A stretch of DNA of 64,000 nt from an uncultured Gammaproteobacteria bacterium (GCA_964404855.1 CAYOLO010000001.1:595396-659395); one strand, 5' to 3'. Numbered from the stretch's first letter, positions 39,967 to 49,518 are shown. Notes: a model not told the origin generated them from the sequence alone. Program-made: numbers and translations.

Positions 39967-41148
39967 TCACCGGTGACACTGCGCGAGTGCAGCCTCAGCT
40001 GGTTTACCCATTGGACTAAACCCCAAATCAGGCTTGTTTGGGTCCGGCAGAGTGAGATCCACTTGCCACCAATACAAACCATTGATAAGGGGAACGAAGA
40101 CTTGGCAGGTCGCTTGATAATAACGAAGCTGGGCTTCGTAATCAGCCGGCGACTCAGATAGGTAGTTCCACGGCTTTTGGTACGCTCCCTGTCTGGGGAG
40201 AATTCCTATTTCCGTAAAAACTACAGTCTTGGGGTCATACCCCTTACTGGTAATGTCGGCTATCCAACGCTGCCAGCCAGCAACAAGCGAATCAACGCTT
40301 GCACCAGTTGGTACATCGAGCGGATAGTAGGCATCGATTGAAGGAAAGTTCAGATCGCTGGCAAAGCCGGGGGCTTTGACGTCCCAGTTAGCCGAATATG
40401 TGATTTGGCCATCGTACTGGGTACGAACTACAGCGATTAGCGCTTTCCAAAGAGCGACCTCTGGCTCAAGCGAGACAAACTCGGTGCCGACATTGAGAAC
40501 GGCAACTTTTTCTTCTTGAGCAAGTTTGGCGTAGCCAACCAGAAGTGAGGAGTAGCTGTTAAACCACTGTCCTTTATCTGTTGGACTGAGCTGGCCTCGC
40601 CATTTTCCGTCGGCAACCAAAGAGGACTCATCCAGAATCGGCCTAAGCATAACAGTGAAGTTACGCTTGTGTGCCTCTCGGATAAATATCCTGATGTTGT
40701 CGTCGGTCGGAGTCTTTTTGGGGTCCTTGTAAACCTCCACTGATTGCCAGTTCGACTGGAAAACAGGAAAGACTAGGCTGACAGAATTGATGTTCAGCTC
40801 TGCCAGCCTATTGAGAAGTTTGGGTGCCTTTTCAGCAAAATCTCCTCCGTCGCTGTACACCAAAACCGAAACGCCTGCATGATATGCCAGCGAATCAGTT
40901 CGAGGACTTACCACTCGGTTGATTTTGGGAGTTGGTGTAGCGGTCGGAGTCGATTCTTGAGTTGGCGCGACTGTCTCACTTTCGGAAATTGGAGTTCCGA
41001 TTGTGGTAGTAGCATCTGCAACTTGAGTGCTATCAGATTGCTCCTTAGCACCAGTTTGCCCACAAGACACGACACAGAAAACTGCTACAGCCAGGCTAAC
41101 GAATAGTCCCGCCGACAGCAGAAGGTCGTTTTGGCGCTTCGTGATCAA
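39967..41148 (-). CDS. GH113-like (beta-mannanase family) TIM-barrel lipoprotein
   Basis: VVSC lipobox, T/P linker, MLRPIL, WRG, VGTEF, ITYSANWD, IDAYYP, FTEIG. Confidence 0.8.
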   Translation of the reverse strand: MITKRQNDLLLSAGLFVSLAVAVFCVVSCGQTGAKEQSDSTQVADATTTIGTPISESETVAPTQESTPTATPTPKINRVVSPRTDSLAYHAGVSVLVYSDGGDFAEKAPKLLNRLAELNINSVSLVFPVFQSNWQSVEVYKDPKKTPTDDNIRIFIREAHKRNFTVMLRPILDESSLVADGKWRGQLSPTDKGQWFNSYSSLLVGYAKLAQEEKVAVLNVGTEFVSLEPEVALWKALIAVVRTQYDGQITYSANWDVKAPGFASDLNFPSIDAYYPLDVPTGASVDSLVAGWQRWIADITSKGYDPKTVVFTEIGILPRQGAYQKPWNYLSESPADYEAQLRYYQATCQVFVPLINGLYWWQVDLTLPDPNKPDLGFSPMGKPAEAALAQCHR

Positions 41149-42613
41149 GATAGTCCTTCTCCGTAACCAACCCGTGGTTGGTCTTCTCCCAGAAGTGCGG
41201 ACGGGTAGCCAGCTGGTATAGGGCTTTCCAAGTCGCGAAACTTAGTATTGCCCAGTACAGCGGAGCAAGAACCATCCACTTGATGTTGCCATGCAATCCT
41301 CTGACCTTGCAGCCCATCATCACGTAAAGGACGAACAAAACGTTGCCCAACGCGATAGAAAAGATGCCGAGATAGAAGATCGGAAGCGGATACAACTCTT
41401 GGATGAAGGTTGCATTCGTCGCCTGATAGGCAAGCGTCATGAACCAGAAGATCGGATTGACCAGCAGTGTAAGAGGCGTGGTCATTACGATCACCATGAA
41501 GGAGACGAAGTTGACGAAACCCAGATCCCTGTAGAGGCTGACTGGGTTGCGTGAGTGGACGAGGAAAGTAATCATCCCACCCTTCTTCCAGCGCGAACGC
41601 TGGCGAACCAGGTTGCCGAGATGACTGTTGGCTTCTTCCCATGTCACACTGTCCATCAACTTGACCTGAAGACGGCGACGGGCGATACGAATGCCCATAT
41701 CAATATCTTCGGTCACGTTGTACATGTCCCAGCCTCCCAACCCAAGTAGGGTTTGGGTACGGAAGTGATTGGATGTGCCTCCCAAAGGGACAGGCATTCC
41801 TAATCGTCCGAGCCCTGGAAGGATCAGATTGAAGTAGGTCGCATACTCAGCGCTGAAGAACTTCGTAATCCAGTTGGTCTGGGGGTTGAAGTACTCCAGT
41901 TTGGCTTGAATACACGCTACTCGCCTACTGACTTTGCGGAAACAGACGACAGCTTTTTTGAGCTGATCTGGTTCTGGTCGGTCTTCGGCGTCGTAGATAA
42001 CGACAAATTCTCCTGTTGCCCTTTTCAGACCCTCATTACAAGCCTTGGGCTTGGTTTTGAGGTTAGAGTCAGGCATGATCAACACCTCAAAATGAGGCGG
42101 AAGCGCTTGCGAGTTAATCTCGCCAAGAGTCTGGGAGTCCTTTTCTTCCAGAAGCAGAATAATCTGCAGTCGGTTGGTAGGATAATCCAGATTGGTGAGA
42201 TTCACGATTAGCTTGGAAGCTATTTCGTGCTCGTCAAAGAGTGGAACGAGGATTGTGTACCTCGGCAACTCAGGTCCATTAGCAAGAGCATCTAGCTCTG
42301 CCATCGAAACCTTGATGAGTGCCGATTCCAGTGACTTGACTGTCAGCAGGCTCTTGAAGATGATGACGGTGACATAGATCAGAGTGATCGTCCCCGCGAA
42401 CCCCAAAAGAACCGGCATATAGCCAAACATGATGATGCTAGCAACCACACAAGCAACAATTGCGAGTGCGGTAATGCTTTGCGGTATGGTCAGAATAACC
42501 TCAGCGGTCTCTGACTTGGTGCGCGGAGCGAATTTATTTACTACCCCGCGTCCATTTTTGACATGTTCTGGTCCGATCAAAGCTTCCTCCTGTGGGAAGA
42601 AAGAACTGACCAA
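41096..42613 (-). CDS. Processive GT2 glycosyltransferase
   Basis: YDAED, PLGGTSNHF, VTEDID, QRSRW, WEKTNHG. Confidence 0.92.
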   Translation of the reverse strand: MVSSFFPQEEALIGPEHVKNGRGVVNKFAPRTKSETAEVILTIPQSITALAIVACVVASIIMFGYMPVLLGFAGTITLIYVTVIIFKSLLTVKSLESALIKVSMAELDALANGPELPRYTILVPLFDEHEIASKLIVNLTNLDYPTNRLQIILLLEEKDSQTLGEINSQALPPHFEVLIMPDSNLKTKPKACNEGLKRATGEFVVIYDAEDRPEPDQLKKAVVCFRKVSRRVACIQAKLEYFNPQTNWITKFFSAEYATYFNLILPGLGRLGMPVPLGGTSNHFRTQTLLGLGGWDMYNVTEDIDMGIRIARRRLQVKLMDSVTWEEANSHLGNLVRQRSRWKKGGMITFLVHSRNPVSLYRDLGFVNFVSFMVIVMTTPLTLLVNPIFWFMTLAYQATNATFIQELYPLPIFYLGIFSIALGNVLFVLYVMMGCKVRGLHGNIKWMVLAPLYWAILSFATWKALYQLATRPHFWEKTNHGLVTEKDYLDHEAPKRPSAVGGTIR

Positions 42614-42647
42614 GGGTGGAGGCGAAGATGTGACTCCTCACTCCCAC

Positions 42648-44348
42648 TCACTCGATCAATTCCTTACGCTGGTAAATCTGAATCTGCTCATTTTCGAATA
42701 CGAGCAGATAGTGTTGATCCAAAGCTTCAGTGTTATTGAGGCTCCTGTAAACCTTGTCCTGATTGGCTTGCGAGTTGCGCATCACAACCCAGTCGACGAA
42801 TTCGGCCGGGCTATTTAGCGCCGGCTCCCACATTCGGTAGCTTCCCTCATAGAGAATCTCACGAATAGGAAGTTTTGAGCTGACTTGCAAGTCTTCGTTG
42901 CCGTAACTTTCCATCAAGACAAGTCCTGATGTGTAGTTTTGGCTTAGCCAGTAGGCTGCATCACGCTGGGTAACTGAAAGTGGTTTTTCCATGTCCGCCT
43001 TGGGCTCGTTTAGGGTGATAATCTCACCCTGATAAGCCACAAATGCGGAAAAAGCACAAACACCACCTACAATTACCGCACGACTGATGACGAAGTTCTT
43101 GGTCAGGTAGCCTGCAAAGATCGCCAAAGGCAAAATCATAGGCAGAGAAAACCTGACGTTGTACAGATCCCCCGTAACCTGTTCAACATAAAGCGGCCTT
43201 TGACCGAAGTAAAGGGCCGCGACGAAGAACGGGAAAGGAAACAGCAGAGCGTAAACGGGAGCTTTGCGGATATTTTTAGAGTCGCTGACAATGAAGTAAG
43301 CGAGACCGATTAGTCCGAAAAACAGCGTAACGGCGCCTGCAGTTTCGTAGGTTGCGATTGAGTAGGTCTTGAGCGCGATCCAGAAGTTTCCAACGGCTTT
43401 TTCAGACTCTCCAACCCAAAGGGAAGGTTTGGCATACTCACCGTACTGGAAATACAAGGGGTTGCCAAAGATTTGATAGTTCCAGATCAGCCATCCGACA
43501 ATGCCGAGGCTGGCTAGAAATGTCAAAAAGAAGACTTCTCCCTCAACACGCTCTTTCGGCATTTTTTTGTTGATGCAGACTACGCCCCAAAGCGGAACGA
43601 AAAGGGCCAGAAGAATCCAGCCTTCGTACCGCGTCATGGTTGCGCAGATTAGCATCAGCGCGGTCGCCAACCCATAAACGATGTTGGAAACAGGCTCGTC
43701 GATTTTTTGCGTCCACCTTATGAAAAAGTAGACACTGCCCGACAAGAACATACACAAAGGCAGTTCTGTCATAGCTGTCGACTGCATATAACCAACGTTG
43801 GGGTTGGCCACGAAAACCAGACTAGCTACGACACCAGCCCAGCGTGAACCGGAGATTGTTTCGGTTATCTTGTACAGAAAAACGGAAGTCCCCACAAAAC
43901 AGAGCATCGAAGGAATACTTCCTGCAATACCTGTCTTGTAGAGATAATCATTCCAGATCAGTGGCTGCATGAGCAGATGCGGTAGCGGTGGCCAAACTCC
44001 GCCGAGCTGAGCCAATCCCGGTGTGGGGCTGTCAACAACTCTTTTGGCGATGAGTAGATGCGATTGTGCGTCTTTGTAGACCAGAACTAGGTCGTTGGTG
44101 TAGTAGTAGACGAAGTTGACTACAGACACCAGAAGTGTGATGGTGATGATGACCAAAAGCAGGTTGTCCCGCTTGTGGCTATCTTCGCTAGTAACGACTG
44201 CCGGACGCCTTACGGCTACGGTCTGGCGAACGTTCGTTTTGGTTGCAACTTGCTTGGTTGCGACTGACTGAGACCGAACTTCGGACGTAACCAGTTTGTA
44301 ACCGGTTCGCCCGCAGTAATAAGCCACAGCAAAAATTGAGCGCAGCAT
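42648..44348 (-). CDS. GT-C fold (PMT/ArnT-like) multi-TM glycosyltransferase
   Basis: YKDAQSH, VWPPLPH, MTELP, TRYEGW, many TMs, C-terminal soluble domain. Confidence 0.8.
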   Translation of the reverse strand: MLRSIFAVAYYCGRTGYKLVTSEVRSQSVATKQVATKTNVRQTVAVRRPAVVTSEDSHKRDNLLLVIITITLLVSVVNFVYYYTNDLVLVYKDAQSHLLIAKRVVDSPTPGLAQLGGVWPPLPHLLMQPLIWNDYLYKTGIAGSIPSMLCFVGTSVFLYKITETISGSRWAGVVASLVFVANPNVGYMQSTAMTELPLCMFLSGSVYFFIRWTQKIDEPVSNIVYGLATALMLICATMTRYEGWILLALFVPLWGVVCINKKMPKERVEGEVFFLTFLASLGIVGWLIWNYQIFGNPLYFQYGEYAKPSLWVGESEKAVGNFWIALKTYSIATYETAGAVTLFFGLIGLAYFIVSDSKNIRKAPVYALLFPFPFFVAALYFGQRPLYVEQVTGDLYNVRFSLPMILPLAIFAGYLTKNFVISRAVIVGGVCAFSAFVAYQGEIITLNEPKADMEKPLSVTQRDAAYWLSQNYTSGLVLMESYGNEDLQVSSKLPIREILYEGSYRMWEPALNSPAEFVDWVVMRNSQANQDKVYRSLNNTEALDQHYLLVFENEQIQIYQRKELIE

Positions 44349-44861
44349 TTAGGCTTTACCCTCCGAAGAAGTCTTCTGATGGATGACGACAGGGACTTGG
44401 GGTTCGTGGTGCTTTATTGCGAACACGAACCTGTGACTGGCGATGTACGACAGCACAAGTCCAGCGACCGTGCCGAAAACAAGTGACGGGAGGTGGTTGA
44501 AAACCAGAATCGACAAACCAAACACAAAAGTGTTGGTAATCAAGCTGGTAAGAGCCATGATATTGAACTTCACGAGTGAAGCAATCCCACCTAGGAAACC
44601 ATGAGCTGGTTTCTTTCTGTCACTCCATGTGAAGTGAAAACTCAGGAGGTAGTTGGTTTGGGTTGAGACAATGAAGGCAAAGGCGTTAACCGCCGTTATC
44701 TGCCACCAAAGTTCAAACCAAGTGGTTGAGAGAATACCGAAGAAGAGCGCGTACTGGAGGCTCGTGCAAACGAGGCCGACAGTCAAAAACTTGATGACGC
44801 GCTGGAGGTTAATCCGCTCGCCAAAGGTCTGAAGGACAGGACCGGATACGATTGGAACCAC
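44349..44861 (-). CDS. GtrA-family membrane protein (lipid-linked sugar flippase-like)
   Basis: KFLTVG, NY.LS..FTW, SY...HRFVF; four TMs; GGAGAG SD before GTG. Confidence 0.88.
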   Translation of the reverse strand: MVPIVSGPVLQTFGERINLQRVIKFLTVGLVCTSLQYALFFGILSTTWFELWWQITAVNAFAFIVSTQTNYLLSFHFTWSDRKKPAHGFLGGIASLVKFNIMALTSLITNTFVFGLSILVFNHLPSLVFGTVAGLVLSYIASHRFVFAIKHHEPQVPVVIHQKTSSEGKA

Positions 44862-45056
44862 GGAAGAAACTCTCCATTTCTCGAATACGTTTTTAAGGTA
44901 CTCCGCTCTGGTGTTGCGACGCCCTATAGTTCTGTCGTCAAGATGACGGAAAAACTTTTGGGATTACGCAATTAATGTTTTCATAAGCTCGATTATTTAG
45001 TCCGATAACACTGATGTGTTTTACGGTCTATTTCGACCTATAGTTGCGGAGCTTGG

Positions 45057-45085
45057 ATTATAGGTAAAAACTATCAATAGGTCAA
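45057..45085 (-). promoter_or_regulatory. Sigma70 promoter of the gtrA operon, followed by ~190-nt leader
   Basis: TTGACC-17 nt-TATAAT on the minus strand. Confidence 0.75.
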
Positions 45086-45109
45086 GCGCGAAGTTTATAA
45101 ATGAAGAGA

Positions 45110-45760
45110 TTAATTATTAGCAAAAACGAAGGCGGCGTAGAATCCGGCAATTCCTCCGCAGCCGATTTGCCAGCTCGGGTTCTGTAAAGCTTCCCTATGT
45201 CCTGTTAGTGATCTATCCCAACCAAACTCAACGATATGTACTCCAGATAGAGCTTGACCGCCGTACAAAACTTCGCCGAGGTGGATGAATTCGTTCTGAC
45301 TTTCGCCGTATTTATTAAAACCTGCATGATTGTCTAATCCGCCATTGGCAACTTGTTCCTCTGCGCGTTTTTGAGCAATATCACAGATTGTGGAATTAGA
45401 AGTCAAAGTATTAAGCCCGTGGGCTTTGCGGTAGTCATTGACGGCTGCAAATAACTCATCGCGCGTGGACATATTTTCGGAAATTGGAACAGAAAATTCG
45501 GTTAGATGCTCATCGACTTTGCGAACTGACCAATCTGGAGTTGGAGTGGGAAGCTTTTTATTTTGAGTTTGAAGATTGTTTTTGATTGAGCCTGTTTCAA
45601 CAGCACTTGTTTCGATTTTGGCTTCAGATGTGGCAGTATTAGTCCTTAATAGACTACGGCCAATTTTTTCAATATTTGTAAGCTGAGAAGGCAGATTGAC
45701 AGCGTAGGTAAGAAAAACAATACCAACAAAAACAGTGATAATTACCAATATTTTGACCAT
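45110..45760 (-). CDS. CAP/SCP domain protein
   Basis: TM anchor; VNDYRK.HGL, H..F, GE, GHREAL, IGCG; ATG 45760 avoids overlap with the epimerase gene. Confidence 0.85.
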   Translation of the reverse strand: MVKILVIITVFVGIVFLTYAVNLPSQLTNIEKIGRSLLRTNTATSEAKIETSAVETGSIKNNLQTQNKKLPTPTPDWSVRKVDEHLTEFSVPISENMSTRDELFAAVNDYRKAHGLNTLTSNSTICDIAQKRAEEQVANGGLDNHAGFNKYGESQNEFIHLGEVLYGGQALSGVHIVEFGWDRSLTGHREALQNPSWQIGCGGIAGFYAAFVFANN

Positions 45761-45800
45761 TTGGCTAAATATCCTATCATAGGATAAGGATTTTTTAATT

Positions 45801-46835
45801 ATGAAGGTATTAATTACAGGTATTTCGGGGTTTCTGGGTATTAATTTAACGAGATATTTCTTATCTAAAAATGTTGAGGTTAGAGGTATTGACTTGGTTG
45901 ATTTTGAGTATCCAGAAAAAAATAAGATTGAAATGATTGTGGGCGATATTCGCAATAAGTCTAATGTCAAAAAAGCTATTTTAGATGTGGATTATGTGGT
46001 CCATTGTGCCGCAGCACTACCTTTGTACCCTGATGATGATATTTTTTCGACCGATATATTAGGTACAAAAATACTACTTGAAGAGTCGTGGAAACAAAAT
46101 GTGAAAAGATTTGTTTATATTTCATCGACTGCTGTTTACGGGATTCCTGACCATCACCCAATCTCAGAATCTGACAAATTAATCGGAGTTGGTGCGTATG
46201 GAGTTAGTAAAGTAAAGGCGGAAAAAATTTGTGAAAACTATCGTGAAAAAGGAATGATATTACCAATACTTAGACCAAAGAGTTTTGTCGGCCCTGAACG
46301 TTTAGGAGTGTTTGCCCTTTTTTATGACTGGGCAAAATCTGGCAAAAATTTCCCGATGATTGGCAGTGGTAAAAACAAGTATCAGTTGCTTGATGTTGAA
46401 GATTTGTGTCAAGCAATTTGGCTTAGTTTGACTAAGCCAAAAGCAGTGGTTAATGACACATTTAACATTGGTGCTAAAGAATTTTTGAGTATGCAAGAAG
46501 ATTATCAGGCGGTATTAACTGAAGCTGGATTTGGTAAAAAAATCATTCCACTGCCTGCAAAACCGACCATATTGGCGCTGATTCTTTTAGAAAAACTAAA
46601 ACTATCCCCTCTTTATAGGTGGGTCTATGAAACAGCTGGCAAAGATAGTTTTGTCTCAATCGAAAAAGCGGAGAAAAAGCTGGGATTTAAACCAAAATTT
46701 AGTAACAGTGAGGCACTAGTTAGAAATTATAGGTGGTTTTTGAAAAACTATGACTATTTTAATGGCTTATCTGGTGTTACTCACCGAGTGCCATGGAAAC
46801 AGGGAGCTTTAAGTCTAGCGAAGATATTTTTCTGA
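45801..46835 (+). CDS. NAD-dependent epimerase/dehydratase (extended SDR)
   Basis: ITGISGFLG, HCAA, SSTAVYG, YGVSK. Confidence 0.93.
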   Translation: MKVLITGISGFLGINLTRYFLSKNVEVRGIDLVDFEYPEKNKIEMIVGDIRNKSNVKKAILDVDYVVHCAAALPLYPDDDIFSTDILGTKILLEESWKQNVKRFVYISSTAVYGIPDHHPISESDKLIGVGAYGVSKVKAEKICENYREKGMILPILRPKSFVGPERLGVFALFYDWAKSGKNFPMIGSGKNKYQLLDVEDLCQAIWLSLTKPKAVVNDTFNIGAKEFLSMQEDYQAVLTEAGFGKKIIPLPAKPTILALILLEKLKLSPLYRWVYETAGKDSFVSIEKAEKKLGFKPKFSNSEALVRNYRWFLKNYDYFNGLSGVTHRVPWKQGALSLAKIFF

Positions 46836-46836
46836 A

Positions 46837-46866
46837 GAAAATGCCGCCCTTTTTACGGGGCGGCAA
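46837..46866 (-). terminator. Intrinsic terminator between convergent genes
   Basis: TGCCGCCC-loop-GGGCGGCA hairpin, T-run on the minus side. Confidence 0.7.
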
Positions 46867-46890
46867 CTGATGAACTCATGCTTGTCAGGC

Positions 46891-47127
46891 TCATCCTTGC
46901 GGGACAAACTGAGGCGGCGCGAGCAGGTAGTTCGGCACATGGAGCGTGAAGGTTCTGGACGTCCAGACACACTTGTCGCCGTCGTGACCTTGAGAAAATG
47001 CGCTTCGGGCGATCCGAACCCGCTCCTCCGCAATCACCCGTCGATGAGTGTTGCCGTTGGGAACAGCACCACCAACTAAATCGACTTCGCCGCAGATGCA
47101 GGCGAAAGACGTAAACTCAATGTCCAC
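46891..47127 (-). CDS. Small hypothetical protein (78 aa)
   Basis: GTG start preceded by AAGGGAG; overlaps end of upstream ORF; CIC..H..C candidate metal ligands. Confidence 0.5.
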   Translation of the reverse strand: MDIEFTSFACICGEVDLVGGAVPNGNTHRRVIAEERVRIARSAFSQGHDGDKCVWTSRTFTLHVPNYLLAPPQFVPQG

Positions 47128-47332
47128 TTCTGATACTCCCTTCCGAAAGCAACCTGTCGTAAGCCTCCGTGACCATTTCGCGAGTGATGGCAGGGTTTTC
47201 GATGTAAGTGTTGCCAAAGACAAAACTTATCATCTGTGCCCTGCGGTCAGCGGGAGTCACTATGACTCCTCGAGTTTTGACCAAAAGATCGTCGAGGTCT
47301 GGTGTGTTGGAACGCTGTGATGTCATGCACAC
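47117..47332 (-). CDS. Small helical protein, possible Fic-antitoxin-like
   Basis: RRAQ.ISF.FGN..IEN..ITREMV. Confidence 0.6.
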   Translation of the reverse strand: MCMTSQRSNTPDLDDLLVKTRGVIVTPADRRAQMISFVFGNTYIENPAITREMVTEAYDRLLSEGSIRSGH

Positions 47333-47340
47333 TTTACTTC

Positions 47341-47667
47341 TTATTCACCTCCAGTAAGATGTTGGATGTTCGGAAGCGCTTCCGCGAGTGAATTCCAGCC
47401 TCTTGGACGCAGAACTTCGATGCTGCGGAGTTCGGCGACTTCGAGCATGAACCCGATATGGTGGATGACTTCGTCTCTGGCTGCACCATTGAAGATGTGC
47501 AGATAAAGTGAAGCCGCGAAGGCTTCTCTGTTGGTGAGGGCTTCGGCTTCGTCGGCGCTGTAGATGAAATTCACAGCTGTTTCGGCAAGTTTCTGCCCAT
47601 AGCGTTTAGCTAGAACATCGAGAGCTTGTTGGGCTTGTGGGGACAGGACTGCTACTTGAGCACTCAT
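47341..47667 (-). CDS. Hypothetical helical protein
   Basis: 108-aa ORF, first of three co-oriented closely spaced ORFs. Confidence 0.6.
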   Translation of the reverse strand: MSAQVAVLSPQAQQALDVLAKRYGQKLAETAVNFIYSADEAEALTNREAFAASLYLHIFNGAARDEVIHHIGFMLEVAELRSIEVLRPRGWNSLAEALPNIQHLTGGE

Positions 47668-47737
47668 CTTTACTTAGATAAACCGCCTTTTTTAATGAGC
47701 TAACAGATAGTCTACTCTAATAGGATTTTTTTGCAAG

Positions 47738-47767
47738 AAAAAGGCGGCCATATGGTTAATGGCCGCC
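47738..47767 (-). terminator. Intrinsic terminator
   Basis: GGCGGCCA-loop-TGGCCGCC + T5 on the minus strand. Confidence 0.8.
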
Positions 47768-47813
47768 AAAGAGGACTAGTTGACGGAATGTTCTTTAGCT
47801 CGCGAAAACAGGC

Positions 47814-48845
47814 TTAGAACCTGCGGCTCGAACCTTTAGATTTGCCGCCTGGGCCGGATCGGAAACCTCTAGTGTCCGTAAACGACTTCATTTTGCCGTT
47901 ACGTCCGGTCGTAAAGGTACCGATGCCCGGAACGTGCTGTGATGTGCCGGTAAGGTTGCCTCGGTTGTCGTGGTGGAAGGTCAGGCCGAGGCCTGGCACC
48001 TGCTGGGAAGAACCTCGGGTATTACCCCGACGGTCTTGGTTGAAGCTCAGGCCTGGTAGGCCCGAACGGGTCGAGGAACCGGTATGGTTGCCGCGGCTGT
48101 CGCTGCGGAATGTCAGGCCGAGTCCGTCGTTGCGAGGGCCTTGATAGCCACCGCCACGAGGTGCTCGTGGTCTTGGATGCTCGCGGCAATAGAAATCCCT
48201 GCTCGCATCGGGTTCAAACGGCAGATTCATCACGGAGTGCTGACCACCGACGCAGTAGGCAGCGTACTTCGGTTGAGGATGTTCCTTGCAGTGGAACGGT
48301 CGGTCGCCATTTGGCTGGAATGGAACTTTGACTGTGTGTAACCCGCCGGTGCAGAATGCGTCGAACATCGGCTTGGGGTGATCGCGACAGTAGAAGTCAC
48401 GCTTGGGGTCTGGAGCTCGGTTGAGCCCCTGAACTGTGTGACTACCGCCGACGCAGTACCCAGAGAATTTTGGTTGCGGATGGTCGCGACAGAAGAAGTC
48501 GCGCTTGGGGTCGGGTTGGAATGGAATCTTGGTTTGATGGTCCCCGCCAACACAAAACGCATCGTACATGACACGAGGCGCTGATTTGTGGTCTCGGCAG
48601 TTGAACGGTCTGCTACTGTCCGGTTCGAATGGGAGTTCGACCGTGTGCCCGCCGTTTTTGCAGTGGGCGGTGTACATTTCACGCTGAGGGCGTGTTTGCT
48701 GACTGCCACCGCCTTTGCGGGCAGCACGGCAATTTGGGCACCGCGTGGGTTGTGAGAATCCTTTCTCAGCGAAGAATGTCTGTTCCCGTTCGGAGAAGTC
48801 GAACCTCTGCGAACAGTCTTTGCAGGTGAGGGTTTGGCTGGGCAC
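47814..48845 (-). CDS. Zinc-ribbon protein with five tandem CxxC-x17-CxxC-like modules and Gly/Arg-rich repeat tail
   Basis: CKDC..F.F...EQ.FF..KG...P.RCPNCR; 5x C-x4-H...(PF.P)...C-x2-H. Confidence 0.85.
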   Translation of the reverse strand: MPSQTLTCKDCSQRFDFSEREQTFFAEKGFSQPTRCPNCRAARKGGGSQQTRPQREMYTAHCKNGGHTVELPFEPDSSRPFNCRDHKSAPRVMYDAFCVGGDHQTKIPFQPDPKRDFFCRDHPQPKFSGYCVGGSHTVQGLNRAPDPKRDFYCRDHPKPMFDAFCTGGLHTVKVPFQPNGDRPFHCKEHPQPKYAAYCVGGQHSVMNLPFEPDASRDFYCREHPRPRAPRGGGYQGPRNDGLGLTFRSDSRGNHTGSSTRSGLPGLSFNQDRRGNTRGSSQQVPGLGLTFHHDNRGNLTGTSQHVPGIGTFTTGRNGKMKSFTDTRGFRSGPGGKSKGSSRRF

Positions 48846-49001
48846 GAAGAAGAATACCTTTCTCTAACCGTGATAAGCAGGAACTGGTTTGAATCGTACA
48901 ACTAGTTAATGTGCTTAGTCCTTTCTGTTGAGGGTTTGACACTCTCAAGTTGGAAATTGGAGTAATTATATCAAAAAATAACAACTATGGGATTGAATAA
49001 G

Positions 49002-49035
49002 AAAAAGGAGAAGCCAAATTAATAGTCTTCTCCTT
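49002..49035 (-). terminator. Intrinsic terminator
   Basis: AAGGAGAAG-loop-CTTCTCCTT + T-run on the minus strand. Confidence 0.65.
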
Positions 49036-49059
49036 ATGTTTGTCTGGTCGAATGCCTTT

Positions 49060-49518
49060 TTAGGTGGCGGTAGTGATCCGCTTGGTGCGCATTTTCGCTT
49101 CTTCAGCGAAACTGCTCTTGTGGCTGTTGACGACAAGGGCGACATCAAAGTTCTTGATGGGGGTTTCGCACCGAGTGAAACGCCACGCGTCGTAAATCAT
49201 CGTGTAGATGGTCCTAATGTGAGGGCCGTCGGAGTCCTGACGAGCGATCAACTTGAGCTCGTCGACCGTAAGGTTAGCGACGACGCTTCGGCCACATTCG
49301 AGCCTGGCTTCGCCAGCCCTGCAGATTACGAGGCGGTCAGTTGGCCCGTTGGGGTTGAACCGAACGATTTCGAGCCTGCCGTGGGCGCGGTGAGCGATGT
49401 TCGCCAGCTTCTGGGTGAAATAAGCCAGCGAGTTTTCGTCGTTTTTGGGGATACGACGAATCTCGGCCGTAAGGCGCCTGACGGAACGCGGCTTCCTATG
49501 AGCTTGCCTGTGCGACAT
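49060..49518 (-). CDS. Basic hypothetical protein
   Basis: GGAG SD before ATG; terminator downstream. Confidence 0.55.
   Translation of the reverse strand: MSHRQAHRKPRSVRRLTAEIRRIPKNDENSLAYFTQKLANIAHRAHGRLEIVRFNPNGPTDRLVICRAGEARLECGRSVVANLTVDELKLIARQDSDGPHIRTIYTMIYDAWRFTRCETPIKNFDVALVVNSHKSSFAEEAKMRTKRITTAT

Noticed and set aside
45770-45786. Palindrome ATCCTA-TCA-TAGGAT in a 40-bp divergent intergenic region
   Set aside because: Single occurrence, no regulator nearby; insufficient support
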